From Callorhinchus milii (taxonomy: Eukaryota), in NCBI RefSeq assembly GCF_018977255.1, contig NW_024704743.1:10914001-10978000 (forward strand): a stretch of DNA of 64,000 nucleotides. Reading direction: 5' to 3'. A program made the translations under genes and the position numbers. Of the stretch, positions 35,946-48,365 are shown in pieces. Below the pieces are notes generated by a model. That model had not been told where the DNA came from, did no database searches, and worked only from the letters and a program-made list of their open reading frames with translations. Position 1 is the first letter of the stretch; each line of letters opens with the position of its first letter.

Positions 35946-38700
35946 GCTTGTCTAGAGCGAAACCTGGTCGGTGATTCAGCTTGAACTGCCACATGAGGAG
36001 GAACGTATGCTTCACCCAAAGCATGCCATTTTGCACCCTACCCAGTAGCCTCCAGGTCCTTTGCCAAGGTGTTCTCAGAGACTGTTAGTGTGAGATGCAG
36101 CCTAGTAATTGCAGTCGGAGCATAATGTCGGGGGGTGATTTCCTTGGGTGCATACACCGACCGGCATCTAATCTTACAAGTGTCTGCCAAGCCTCTGCTG
36201 TGAGCATGTGCACTGAGAGTGTTGATGACTAGGCGAATGACTGTATGATGAGAAACCAATGATTTTTATTGTGGTTGGGCGAGATTGAGTTGAGAAAAAA
36301 AACAATCTGGATGAGTGTGTGAAAGGGAACGAAAGAGAACGAGAGAAAGAAAGAGGGACGTGTACCTGGAGATGGGATAACCACCAAATGTCTTCATTGT
36401 TTCTGGCCTTAAGGAAGGTGCTGAAATAAGGACAGGAGACTGACCCCTTTCCCGTGTGAGAGGAGCTTTTGGTGTTTGGTGCAGCTAATAAATGTGCAAT
36501 GTGTTGAGTAGCCTTGTTCACTTGCTACAAAAAGCTAATTTGTAACCCATTGTATAAGCTGTGTATTAAGGATATAACACAACTATAACTTTCATAATAA
36601 ATAGAAAGGTGTTGCATGGTTCTGGGGATTGTACACTTTTCATTCTTTGTAATTGGGGACTGCAAGTTGATTCCAATTATGTGCAGCTAAAAAGAAAATA
36701 CAGTTGGGCAAATGTTACATAATGTACAGGAAGCCTGGACTTTTTTTGGTTGGATACCACTATAGCTTAGCAACTGATTTACTTAAGCAGCTAATTTTGG
36801 TCTTTTTATTTATGCCTTGAGGACTAATTTCTGGTTTCTAAATGTTAATGCACTGTTGACATGAAATAATGGTGCCTTAGGAGAGTGACCTTGCTACATT
36901 TACTGTGTAGCAGTTTCATGTGGGTCATCAGACAGGGATATGGGTGAGTTTGGCTCCATTAAGGCTCCCTATATCACATGATATTGTACTCTGCCACTTT
37001 CTGTCTTTCACATGGAAACAATAAAACAACATTTTCTTTAATCTTCTGAGTACCAAACACCAATTTCTGTGTACCCACGTGTTAAAAGATTTGGGATTTT
37101 ATTTTTTTATTTTGACAGAATATATTGATATTGAATAAATTGTATTAAAAAAAAGATTTAATAAGTAGAGTACTTTCATTAAATGTATTTTTTGTTCTAA
37201 ATATATTGCTGCCCTGCTAATAACAGTAACACATTCCTAGTACTCCCAAAGAGTGAAAGGTGACCATGACAAATTGTCGGGACTGTAAAGCACTCTTAAT
37301 TCTGAGAAAGGCATTTTCACTGTAACTTTAATGTAGTAAAACTGAAGATTTATAATTGTTAACAGTGTGACATTGGAGAGGAGTGGCTTGCTCGAGCCTT
37401 TGCTGGCCCTGATACCCTTTGTCGGACTGCTGACTCAGCATATTAGATGTTCAACTGTCCAGAGTACAATATTGTAATTTGTCCATCAATGGATGGATGG
37501 CCTGAGAGGCATTTCAGCAAGCATCATTGCTAGATGTGTGAGCACGGCCGGAAAATCATTGTAATTCAGACAGTCTGGAAGCCCGACTAGAGTCACGCAT
37601 TGCATTCTAATCATCTAGACATTCAGAAGAAAAAAACAACGCACAAAAAAAAACCTAGAACATCAGGAATTGCTGCTGATTCAATTGTTAGATTTATTGG
37701 AGATTACGGGGGGGCGGGAAGCAATACGGTTAGAAGGTATTACAAAGTTTACACAAAAAATGGGCTTTGAGGATTGAAATGTACACACCTTGCATTCTAT
37801 GCATTTATATTTACCAAAACCATAGGAGCAGCTGCTTTTTAAATACAATTTCAAGTATTTTCAAAACTGTATGTTCATGTTGTGCTCTGCCTAGGGGGTC
37901 AAGCCGCTTAATGAGGATGCCAGGGACAGAAAGTGAAACTTGAACCGGCTTGTGCTTTTAAATGCAATATAAAAATGTGGTTGCATTCACTGGAATAAAG
38001 GATTGGGTGGTGTACTACAGTATTAAGTTGTCAATGAGCAGTGCACATGTTGTTTCTTGGGTACAGGAGCCTTAATGAATCCCTATGACCTTCATTTGCA
38101 AATACAATTGTTCTTATTGATATTTCACATTTCTTTTTAAAGTTTTATCTCCAAACCTCTTTGTAAATTTTGTTATTTGAAATCTTTTTACAAGGTTTTA
38201 TTTGAAATCGTTTTTTGCAAGATTGTTATATTTCTGTATGAATGTATTTTTTATTGTAAAACAAGAGAAAATCCTTATCAGAACCTTGTCTCTTTTGTTT
38301 CATTTTGTTTGGGGTCTCCTTACATGTATTGCAGTGTTAACTCTCTTTTCTACCCCACACCCCATATTTATTTCGTTTTTTTTTAAAAAATCACCAACAT
38401 GTTAACGTTAGTGCTGACACATTGCAATCTGAGCACCATACTCACTATATATAGAATCCACTCAGTGGAAAAGCAGGTATGACCAGAACTATTTAGCAAA
38501 GCAAAGTACTATATGGTTGTATTTGACATTTTAATGCTGCCAGTTTAATCACTTCTGTGTAGGACTGTCTAGAGTAATCAGTCTCCACCCTATTGGTTAT
38601 GTTGCTTTTTGCTGCTGATTTGCTGTGAGATGTTTTTTTACTCATCTAAAACACAACGTAAGTGCATGCATTGCACAATCTTGACGTACAGGAATATACA
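35946..38700 (+). other. KLF6: KLF6 long 3' UTR (3' end uncertain)
   Basis: No recognisable TE for ~2.8 kb after the stop, U/AU-rich, AATAAA at 36487, 36596, 37020, 37134 and 37994. The end point is inferred from where TEs resume (~38800). Confidence 0.6.
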
Positions 38701-38949
38701 GCGCATAAATGCCAAGATATTGTAAGATAATGTGGAACAAAAAGAGGATGTGCAGGTAGATAAGAAACTACAACACAATTTACATTCATACAGAGCCATT
38801 CATGGCAGGATGATGTGTCAAAGCGCTTGACACTGCTGGCTGCGCACCTGAGGTGGGAGTGAAATCTAAGAGTCTGGGGAGGAGAAAGGTGTCACAGAAG
38901 TATGGTGAGGAGAGGCTGTGGAGGGTCTTAAACTTAATCCATTGGGACT

Positions 38950-40100
38950 TCTTGCTTGACCCTCAACTATCGTTTCTACCCCACATCTGTGCCATGACCT
39001 GCTCTGCATTCCCCCAGCTCCGCAACATCACCCAGCTCCACTACTATCTCACACCACAGGCCGCCGAAACCCTCATACACGCATTCATACCATCCAGGCT
39101 TGACTATACAAACTCCCTGCTTGTTGGCCTCCCCAACTTCTCCCTCCATGGGCTGCAGAGTTCTGGATGATCTACAGCCTATGTCCTCTCCTGCACCCGG
39201 CTCTGTGACCCTATCACACCCATCCTCACCCGACTCCACTGGCTTCCCATCACACAGGATACAGTTCAACATCCTGGTCTTCACCTTCAAAGCCCTCCAT
39301 GGCCTTACACTCAGAGGCTGATGTGGATGATGAAATGAGCTACAGAGTTCTGGATGGTCTGCAACTTGTATAAGGAAAAGCTGGATAGTCAATATCATCA
39401 AATAACAATAGCAATCATAATAATTCTTGCATTTCCTAGAATGCCTGATCACATTGTCAACATGTCTCAAAGAGCTTCACAAGTTATATTGTAAAGTGTA
39501 ATGACTTTATTTTGTGAGCAAAACACAGTAGCCTGTTATGCACAGTAATGTCCCACCAACAACCATTGAGTGAATGACATATTTATTTTGGGGAATTGTT
39601 GGTTAGGACACTGGAAGAAACTCCCTTCTCATTTTTTTGAATAGTACCATGGAATCGTTAACATCCACCTCAACAGGCAGAAAGGGCCTCAGTTTAACAT
39701 CTCATACCAAGCATAGAATTTAAACACATCATTCTCATTTTCAAGGCTGTCCACGGCCTTGCCCACTCCTACATTGTTTGAAGTGCTGACCCCCTATCGA
39801 CCTGTCCACTCCGGCCTGCTCCAGTTCTCCCGCCTGAATGGCCCTACCATTAGCGGCCGGGCTTTCAGCCTCTCTGCCCCCACTCTTTGGAACTGCATCC
39901 CACAATCCCTTCGCCTTGCTCTCTCCTTCAAGGCATGACTCAAGACCCTCCTTTTTGACCGTGCCTTCAGCTGCCCTCCTACCCTCTCTGCCCTCCCTCA
40001 TCCCAACCCTGCCCCATGTCCTGATCCCTGATTGTTCAATGCCTTGGGACATCCTCCCAATGAGAAAGGTGCTTTACAAATGTAATTTTGTTGTTGTTGG
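38950..40100 (+). mobile_element. Cluster of L2 fragments (38950-39310, 39745-40100) with a minus-strand family A SINE (~39420-39710)
   Basis: LDPQLSFLPHI..AETLIHAFIPSRLDY; L2 tail at ~40040-40100; SINE motifs in between. Confidence 0.8.
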
Positions 40101-41949
40101 AGGTGTCAAAATCGTGGCTAAGGCTGTGCCCACACGTATGATAATACTTGCAAGTTTTCCCCCATATGGATATATTCCCATCGAGTGTTTGCACACTGTG
40201 TTCTTTAAAGGAACACAATGGCGGAAACATTACTTTCAGCTTGGTAAGTCAGATTTCACAAAAAAAATTAGAGGCAGTTAGAAAGAGGAAAGATGCTAGG
40301 AGCAGTAATGGAAAGATAAAAGCATGTGATTTGCAAGCGGAACAAGTCACCACAAATGCTTACAGAAGCCAAGTCAAATCATATCATCTGAGCTTGAGTA
40401 AGACACTTCAAGAATAAAGTTGCAAAAGGGCGTGGAGAAAGTGCAGAGAGATGGGATTAGAGTGAGGGCAGGGTGGGGGGGGTTTGTTGACAGCTAGCTC
40501 ATTAAAACATGTGGGCCAAACTGGCTTCTGCACTGAAATTGTTATGATTCCAGTAAGTGTATACTTTGGGTTTTGTTTGGCTTATCAAGCCTGGAAAGTT
40601 TGCCTTTGATTAGTTAGTGACTGGAATTTTTTGTAACCAGAACATGATGTAAACTGTATAATATTAAGCATCTTTAAACAGAAACAGTGGTTGGAAGTCA
40701 TCCTAAAAGTTCTTCTGATTTTTTTTCCCCCATAAAATGCAGTTGTTTTATAAATAAAAATCATTGTGTTTGATAAGGCGCCTTCGGTTCAGGAGAACGT
40801 CACAAAGAGCTCCACAAGATATACTATAAAGTAAGTGACTGTGTGTTTTGTATGTGAACAGATCTTTTGTGCACATTTGTGCACCACCAAATTCTGTCAA
40901 ACTAGCTGCTGTAATGCCAGTTATGCTATTGAGCTGAGCTGGTTTAGACACCACCAATACCCCAATGCACACTCTGCGGTCCCCAAGCCTTGACTCTTGC
41001 GAACCTGCGTTTAATAGTTTCCGGAATTAGATAGGCAGGATCTGTCTCTCCAGGGAGAGAGTGTGTATTTCCATTCCAACAATCTACCTCTGGGATTTCC
41101 ATGTGTGGGTCGGATGAATGGAAATGTCAGCTTGGTTTGGATGCTGTTAAGCACAGTGATGGGTTTCCGCATGTGTCTAACACCTGGCTGACAAAAAAAA
41201 AGTAAAAAAAGCTGAGCATCCCTCCCCCTCCCTGTTCTGCCTTCAGCTCCTGCACCACTCACTGGAACTCCCTCCCTCTTCCATTCCATCACTCCCGATC
41301 TCTATCAGTCTTTAACATTCTACCTCTTCGAATGCGCCTATGGCTATCACCAAATCCTTCCTCTCCTTTGCTCAGCATCCAACTCTGGGCCTGTGAAGTG
41401 TTTTGAGATGTTACCCTACATAAAAGGTGTTACCTAAATACAAGTTGTTGTTAGGTTTTAATTCTTCATATCGGCGATGTAGATTTCTGATATGGAAGGC
41501 TGTTACTGAAGATTTCAGTGCAAGTTAAGAAGGAACATTGCAATCCCTATAATGGTCAGAGCTATTTATTCAGTGTAAGTGGGGGAGGGGATTCTATGCT
41601 TATATTCGATGGAAATATTTAACAATTGACTTTAAGTAGAGAACTCTACATGCCACGATGATCTTACTAAATCCCTTATCAGTTACCAAATGTGTCTTCT
41701 TCATTAGTTGAAAAAACTATTCTAAAGCCACACTCCAGAGACCTGAAATGTCTTTAGCCTGTAAGATGATTATGTCTTAAAAATTTAAGATCACGCAGAA
41801 ATGTGGAACGTTCTTCAATTTGGTCTTAATTTGGAAGCTGTTTTTCCACGGTTCTTAAATAGAAACAATTTCTAATATTCTCCAATTCTGCGTGTATCTC
41901 AGTTTTCAGGATTAAATTGTCTCGCAGGCGAAGGCTACAACAATTTCAA

Positions 41950-42160
41950 CAATAATCATCCTGACATTTGATGTAGCTCCTTCCAATTCAGGGGGATGTC
42001 TTAAAGCAATTTATAGGATCTACTGTAAAGTGCAGTGACTGACTTGTCAGCAATATCCCACAAACAGCCGTGAAGTGAGTGACCAATTTAATTGTTGGCT
42101 AGGATGTTGGGAGAAACTCTTTTCGAATAGTGCCACGGGTTCTTTAACATTTACCTGAAC
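41950..42160 (-). mobile_element. DeuSINE-type SINE, family A, 3' part
   Basis: cagcaatatcccacaaacagcc and gaatagtgccacggg motifs. Confidence 0.7.
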
Positions 42161-42745
42161 AACAACAACAACAAATTACATTGATGTATGCCTTTCAAAT
42201 CAGGAGGATGTTCCAAGGTGCTGCAGATTGGGGGCTTGGTTTAAATTGTCTCACAGGCGAAGACAGAATGAGACAATGCAGCCCTCCCCTCTTTTATCTG
42301 GGTACCCAGAGATGTCGAGCACAGTAAATTTGTCAACCATTAAAATTAGATTCCTTCTCCCTCTTAAATTTTTAAAAAAATTAGTGTGTGCAATTATTTC
42401 TTTAATTTTCTCCTCACTCTGCTCCTGGTCTGGCTTCCTCATTGCTGGGGATCCAGGAACTGCAAAATTCTATTGCTAATGTATGAGCAATGGCAGTGAG
42501 TGTCAGCAACTCACTTGATTGTAGTAGTCTAACTGCTCCCCACCCACCTGCCACACCTGCACAGAACCAGTAGAGGGTGCTGTAGAGGGCCTACATCCCC
42601 AGCTGGTTTCCCATCCCTAATCCAGGAAGGTTGGGGCCAATATAACCTCCTTGATCAGTAAACTCAGGATGGACTGCAATTCGAACCAGTGAGCTCCAGG
42701 TCTGTAAACTGCAGCTCGATTAAACAACAAAAAAAATTGCATTTG

Positions 42746-43125
42746 TGGATTCCTGTAGCTCAGTGGTTAGAGCACTCGCCTCGCAAGTGAAAGGATCTGG
42801 GTTTGATTCCCGGCAGGACAAAACATTGCGGAAGTTTCCTTACTCTGCACGCTTCTGTTTACCTAACAATAAGCAGGAACCCAGTTGTTAGATGATTGAC
42901 AGATCGCTTTTCCATGGGTAATAATCCATTGAAAAAAAATAATAATGATTTAGTCACTCAGTCCATGACTATTTGTGGGACACTGCTGTGTGCAATCGGC
43001 TGCCGCGTTTCCCCACAAATGCATACAGTCAATTCACTTTACAGTGTATTCTGTGAAGCGCTTTGAGACATCTCGAAGACGTGATAGGGCAATATATTAA
43101 TGAAATGCAAAAATTATTATTATTT
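42746..43125 (+). mobile_element. SINE family B, full-length long form
   Basis: tggattcctgtagctcagtggttagagcactcgcctcgcaag head; Deu-like gtgggacactgctgtgtgcaatcggctgccgcgtttcc. Confidence 0.88.
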
Positions 43126-43317
43126 ATATAGCATCTTTCATGCAGGAATAATGACCTGAGCTAGTGCTCCTGAGGGGATCATTCTCAACAGCATCAGGAC
43201 AGGTAAGTCAGGTAAATTCATCGATGATGGGAAAAGAGATCTCAAGATAAGATTTGTAGAAGAAGAAGAATCCCCGCTGGATTTATTTGTTAATGAGAGG
43301 GAATCATCACAGGACCA

Positions 43318-43444
43318 ACACAAATACGTGACTTGGCACATCTCTTTATGGCCAATTCTCATTGTTTTCCAAAAAATGTTTTCCATTTTTTGGAAAACAA
43401 TGAGAATTGGCCATAAAGAGATGTGCCAAGTCACGTATTTGTGT
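43318..43444. repeat. Perfect inverted repeat with 61-bp arms and a 5-nt loop
   Basis: 43318-43378 is the exact reverse complement of 43384-43444. Confidence 0.97.
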
Positions 43445-44164
43445 CAGCAAGTGACTCATACCTCCCAAACCACGTAAAAGTCGAATGTGCAACGCTTGGC
43501 AAAAATGTGCAGCACACATTCTGCATGAATCACAACACCCAAATGTATTGTGAACTGAACATGAGCGAATTAAAACTTCTACAGTTTTGCTGCAGACTTA
43601 ATGTCCGGTGATAACAAATTGTGTGGGTGGGAGGGGAGTGGCAAAAAAGCCACAAAACATACTATTCAGTTTATGAACAAACTGGTAAGGATTTAACTTT
43701 CAGGTCATCATCTGAAACTAGTTTAGTGAATCTGAACCAGCTAATGCAGACAATGGAATCATCAATCACTAAAAATTAGCAAACTTCTCCATTATAAACA
43801 CGTAAGAGAACTTTTAGTGATTGAAGTGTGATAAAACTCTAATGTAAAACATGGAGCAGCAATCAGAAAGACAAATTAAGTGTTGGACATTATAGGAAGG
43901 GGTCTGGAGCACATAAGCAAGAAAGTGACACTTTATCATTACTCAGAGTAATTAATGACTGGAATAGGTTGACTGGAACAGGAAGGGTGGTTGAGGCCAG
44001 GACCCTGAATTCATAACCACATTCACCTAGAGCTAAAATATTTTTGAAAGTTTAGTGAGTTAACTTGCCCTCATGGCTAAATATAGTACTCTCTTTGGTA
44101 AAATTCCATTATAATGACATAGTACAAAGAGTGATCAGCATAGGCTTATAGAGGCTAAAATGTT

Positions 44165-44390
44165 TGATCAGTCTAGTGCCTGGTAAATGTGGAAACCCAT
44201 CACCATGCTTAAAATTAGCAGCAAAACATCCCATCTATACATGGAAAATCTCCAGATATTTATTGGAATGGAATGCACACTCTCTTCCTGGGAGTGTAGA
44301 TGGGATGCATGGAAATCTCAGTTTGGTTTGGATACTCTTAATCATGATGATGGGTTTCCCCATGAGTCAGACACCAGCTGATCAAAAAAA
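44165..44390. mobile_element. Unclassified interspersed repeat, two arms in inverted arrangement (other copies at ~2670-2800, ~5915-6030, ~41045-41200)
   Basis: Shared motif gggatgcatggaaatctcag(c/t)ttggtttggatactcttaa(g/t)catggtgatgggtttccgcatgtgtcagacacc..gctgaccaaaaa. Confidence 0.7.
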
Positions 44391-45789
44391 GAGCCTGACA
44401 AAGTGGATTGCTGGGGGAGCTGTGAATTGTTGGAGGTGGCATCGTTCAGAGGAATTGATAACCATAGTGCTGTCTGTCTGTTTAAGTGAACATTATAGAT
44501 CCCATAACACGATTCAAAAGGCAAAACAAATTTTTCTGTGTGTCCTGGCCAACAATCCATCTTATGAAATTGGCCATTCACCTCATGCTGTCTGAGGGAC
44601 ATTGCTCTGTGCAAATTGGCTGCCTTATCTACAAACACACAGTAACTCCACTTCACATTAAAATCCTGTGAAGCACTTTGTGACACCTCAATGACATTAC
44701 ACGTTTTATGATTATTATTTCTGGTATCAACAAAAATCCATTGAAACTAGTCGTACCGTTAATTGCTGATAAATTGTATGGCACATGGAGCCGGAGGTTG
44801 GGTAATTCCGAAATTAGTCAATATGCACAGATCCATGACACGCATGAACAGTTTTCACATGTATCAATTACATTTAATCAAATGTAGTTTGGTTTTAGTT
44901 ACATTTTGCGTATTAGTTACATTTAATTAAACTGGCAATAGGAACTTAACATTGATTTCAAGTGAATACAATCATAAGTACTTTTCTAAGATCTAACAAA
45001 CTTAGCCCAGAGGATTTACTTATTGAGATTTTTTATCCAGCGCAGCTCCTTGGAATTTCAAATGGATTTAGTGGGACAACTAACTCACTGGCTATATATC
45101 AATAATCTACTGCTGCAAGCCAATACTTCAGTTAGGTGCAAAATGCATAGTTCGCCTACAAAATACACAGTCAATTCACTTTACAGTAAATCGTGAAGTT
45201 CCACTTGTTATATTTGTAAGCCATTCACAATGTCAGATCGGAGCCAAGTCAACAACTTAAATATGGTAATTTACCTGCAGTTTGCAACTATTGATGGAAA
45301 AATCACAATGCACATCAAACTGTACTGAACACAATCTATCTTTGTGGTGAACGCTGAACAATGAAAAAAATTGGTCACTCAATCCACGTTTGTTTGTGGG
45401 ACACTGCTGTGCGCAATTGGCTGCCGCGTATCAGCCACAAAACACACAGTCAATTCACAGTATATTCTATGAAGTGCTTTGAGACATCTTTAGTGATAAG
45501 GCACTAAACCAAATGCAATTATTATTATGATTATTATTATTAATTGTGGGTTTGGACTTTTGAAGAATTAACTTTAACCAACATTCATAGACAATGCCAT
45601 AAGAATATAGAATATAATGCTGAACACAGAACACTTGCTGGTCATTGAAAGGTTTAAATAGCACTTTAAAATATAGTAATGTTAAAGGGAAGAAAGCAAA
45701 GAACAGGGGAATCATAGAAAGTTTATAATATAAAAGGAGGCCATTCAGTCCAACATGTCTGTGCTGATGCTAGCTATCCCACTTTTATA

Positions 45790-46180
45790 TACTGTAGTAC
45801 CTTTCATACCAGGAGGACACGTCAATAGGATTTATTGTCAAGTGCAGTGACTGTTTATTTTGTTGGTGAATCTTGCAGCCAATTTGTCCATAGCAATGTC
45901 CCACAAACAGCCATGAAGTGAGTGACTAATTCTATTCAGAGGGTTGTTGACCAGGAAACCCGGAGAAACTCACTTCGCTTTTCGAATAGTGCTGTGGGAT
46001 CTTTAACATCCATCTGAAGAAGCAGCTGGGACTTCGGTTTAATGCCTTATCTGAAGAACGGTACCTCTGACAATGCAGAGCACCCCCCAGCATCAGCCTA
46101 GACTATATGAGTTCAAAGTCCCGAAATGTGGCTGGAACCCACAACCTTTTGACTCAGAGGCAAGAGAGCCAAGCTGATGT
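45790..46180 (-). mobile_element. DeuSINE-type SINE, family A
   Basis: Family A motifs in reverse orientation. Confidence 0.78.
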
Positions 46181-46874
46181 AAACAGTGAAACAACACAAA
46201 CACCGTTCTATAAATTAGTGCAGGAGGGCAGTAATGGAGGCAACAAGTTAAGTGTGCATCTATTTTTTTTAAAGGCAACTCCATGCACTTAGATGAAAAG
46301 TATAGTTTAATTCTCATTTCAAATTCTGCCTGGAGAAAATGTGAGCTCAGGGCTCACCTATTAAAGCAGGCTTGCTGGAGATTGACTGGAGATTGGAGAT
46401 TCTTGTGTGAATATATTGAGGTTTATAAAAAGGAGGAACAATCAATGCAACAATCATTTGTAACCCTGAGAGACAGACTGCAAAACTGTCTCTCATTTTA
46501 AGTGATATTAAAATGTCTGTATCCAAAATAATCAAGGTTAACTGGAGACAATTGAAGGTTGCTATTAGCTCACAGGAATTCCACTTGTTACATTTGTTAG
46601 TCATTCACAATGTCAGATGGGAGCCAAATCAACAAAATAAATATGGTAATTTCCCTGCAGTTTGCAAATATGGATGGAAAAATTACAAAGCACATCAAAC
46701 TGTACTGTACTTACAGCCACCTCCCACCTCCACCCGGCTCGGAGTCGGGCTCCACCACTATTAAGTGCTTTGAGACCTACCCTGCGTGGAGGGAACTATA
46801 TAAATGCAAGTTGTTGTTGTTATACTGAACACAATCTATCTTTGTGGTGGAAGAGAAAACTAAAGGCAGACAAT

Positions 46875-47120
46875 ATAATAATAGTAATCCTTGCATTTGA
46901 TATAGCGCCTTATCACATCTTTGAGACATCTCAAAGCTCTTCACAGAATATACTGTAAAGTGAATTGACTGTATATTTGTGGACGAACGCGGCAGCCAAT
47001 TACGCACAGCAATGTCCCACAAACAGTCGTGGATTGAAAATGACCAATTTATTATTGGTTTTTTTTGGAGGGATTATTATTAGGCGTGTGGAGTAAGGAA
47101 ACTTGCCCAAGGTGTTCCTG
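46875..47120 (-). mobile_element. SINE family B, short form, 5'-truncated
   Basis: Nearly identical to 10592-10840. Confidence 0.85.
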
Positions 47121-47959
47121 CCTCTGCAATATCGTACAGCAGACTCCAGGTTTTGAAGAGGAGATGCCACAAAAGTGCTGGCTTTGTGTCAGGAGAGGAA
47201 ACAGTAAGGCTATCCTTCACTTCCTCCTGCTGGTGAAACTACTCACAGTAGGGTCTCATTTTCAATAATCACAAACAGGGCTTGAAGAGATTTCCGTTTG
47301 CATGATAAATGTTTTAAATTGCGATATTTCCCACCAAAAATCAGCTGATTTTTAAAGTGCAGCCAAATTGCGGAAAAGTAACAATTTGCACTCAACCAGC
47401 GCCTTTAATGTGACGGAATGTCTCAATGAATTTTACAGAGATTGGAGCCAGACTGTAAAGTGGGGAGGTTAGTGCGGTGGGGTGTCGGGAGTGAGGGGGG
47501 GGCAGTAGGTGGGAAGTAGCCCAAGTCAAAGAGTTTATCTGGGTTTTGAAAGCAAACAGGAAGAGAGTAAGATGAAAGGACTTAGGTAGAATTCTCCACA
47601 GAGCGGAAGCAACGTGACTGAAAGCTCATCCAATGATGGTAGTAATGAAGAACTCCTGATGGAGGGACAGTTGGATTGCAGGAGATTACAGATCTTACTT
47701 ATATTTGATCTAATATCTTTAATGTCTGAAAGAGCTTCACAGGTTGTATTGTGAAGAGCAGTGATAGTGTATTTTGAACATAGCAACAACAAATATAGTA
47801 ATATGTTATATTATTATATAACTGTAACAGCAACTTGCCTTTATAAAGCACCTTTCACGCAGATAGCTTCTCAGAGCGCTTATCAGTGGTGGAGCTTGAC
47901 GCTGAGCCGGAGGGTTAGGTCAAAGAGGAAGGTCTTCAGGCATGATCTGAGAATCACAT

Positions 47960-48365
47960 AGCAGCCAATTTGTGCACAGGAATGTTCCACAAATAGCCAT
48001 GAAGTAAATGATCAAGAACAAAAATGACAACAACAACAAATTTTAATTTATAAAGCACATTTTATATTTGGAGGATGTCCCAAGGTGCTTCAAGTTTATT
48101 TTGGGGGGATTGTTGGCCAGGACCCCAGGAGAAACTCCCTTTCAAACAGTGCCATGGGATCATTAACATTCACCTGAATAGGCAGACAGGATCTAAGTTT
48201 AAAGTCTCATCTGAAGGTCGGGATCTTCAACAAGGCAGAATAGCCCCAGTAATGCATTGGAGTGTCAGCTTAGACTATGTGAGTTCAAAGTCCCAACATG
48301 AGGCTTGAACCCACAATCCCTTCTGATTCAGAGGCGAGAGAATTACAACTGAACCAAGCTGACAC
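47960..48365 (-). mobile_element. DeuSINE-type SINE, family A, with a small L2-tail insert
   Basis: Ends gcttgaacccacaa...aactgaaccaagctgacac. Confidence 0.78.

Noticed and set aside
42746..42825. tRNA gene-like sequences (also at 8680-8756, 11097, 30515, 50367, 62292)
   Set aside because: They are SINE heads: they lack a proper acceptor stem and are always followed by the SINE body and tail.
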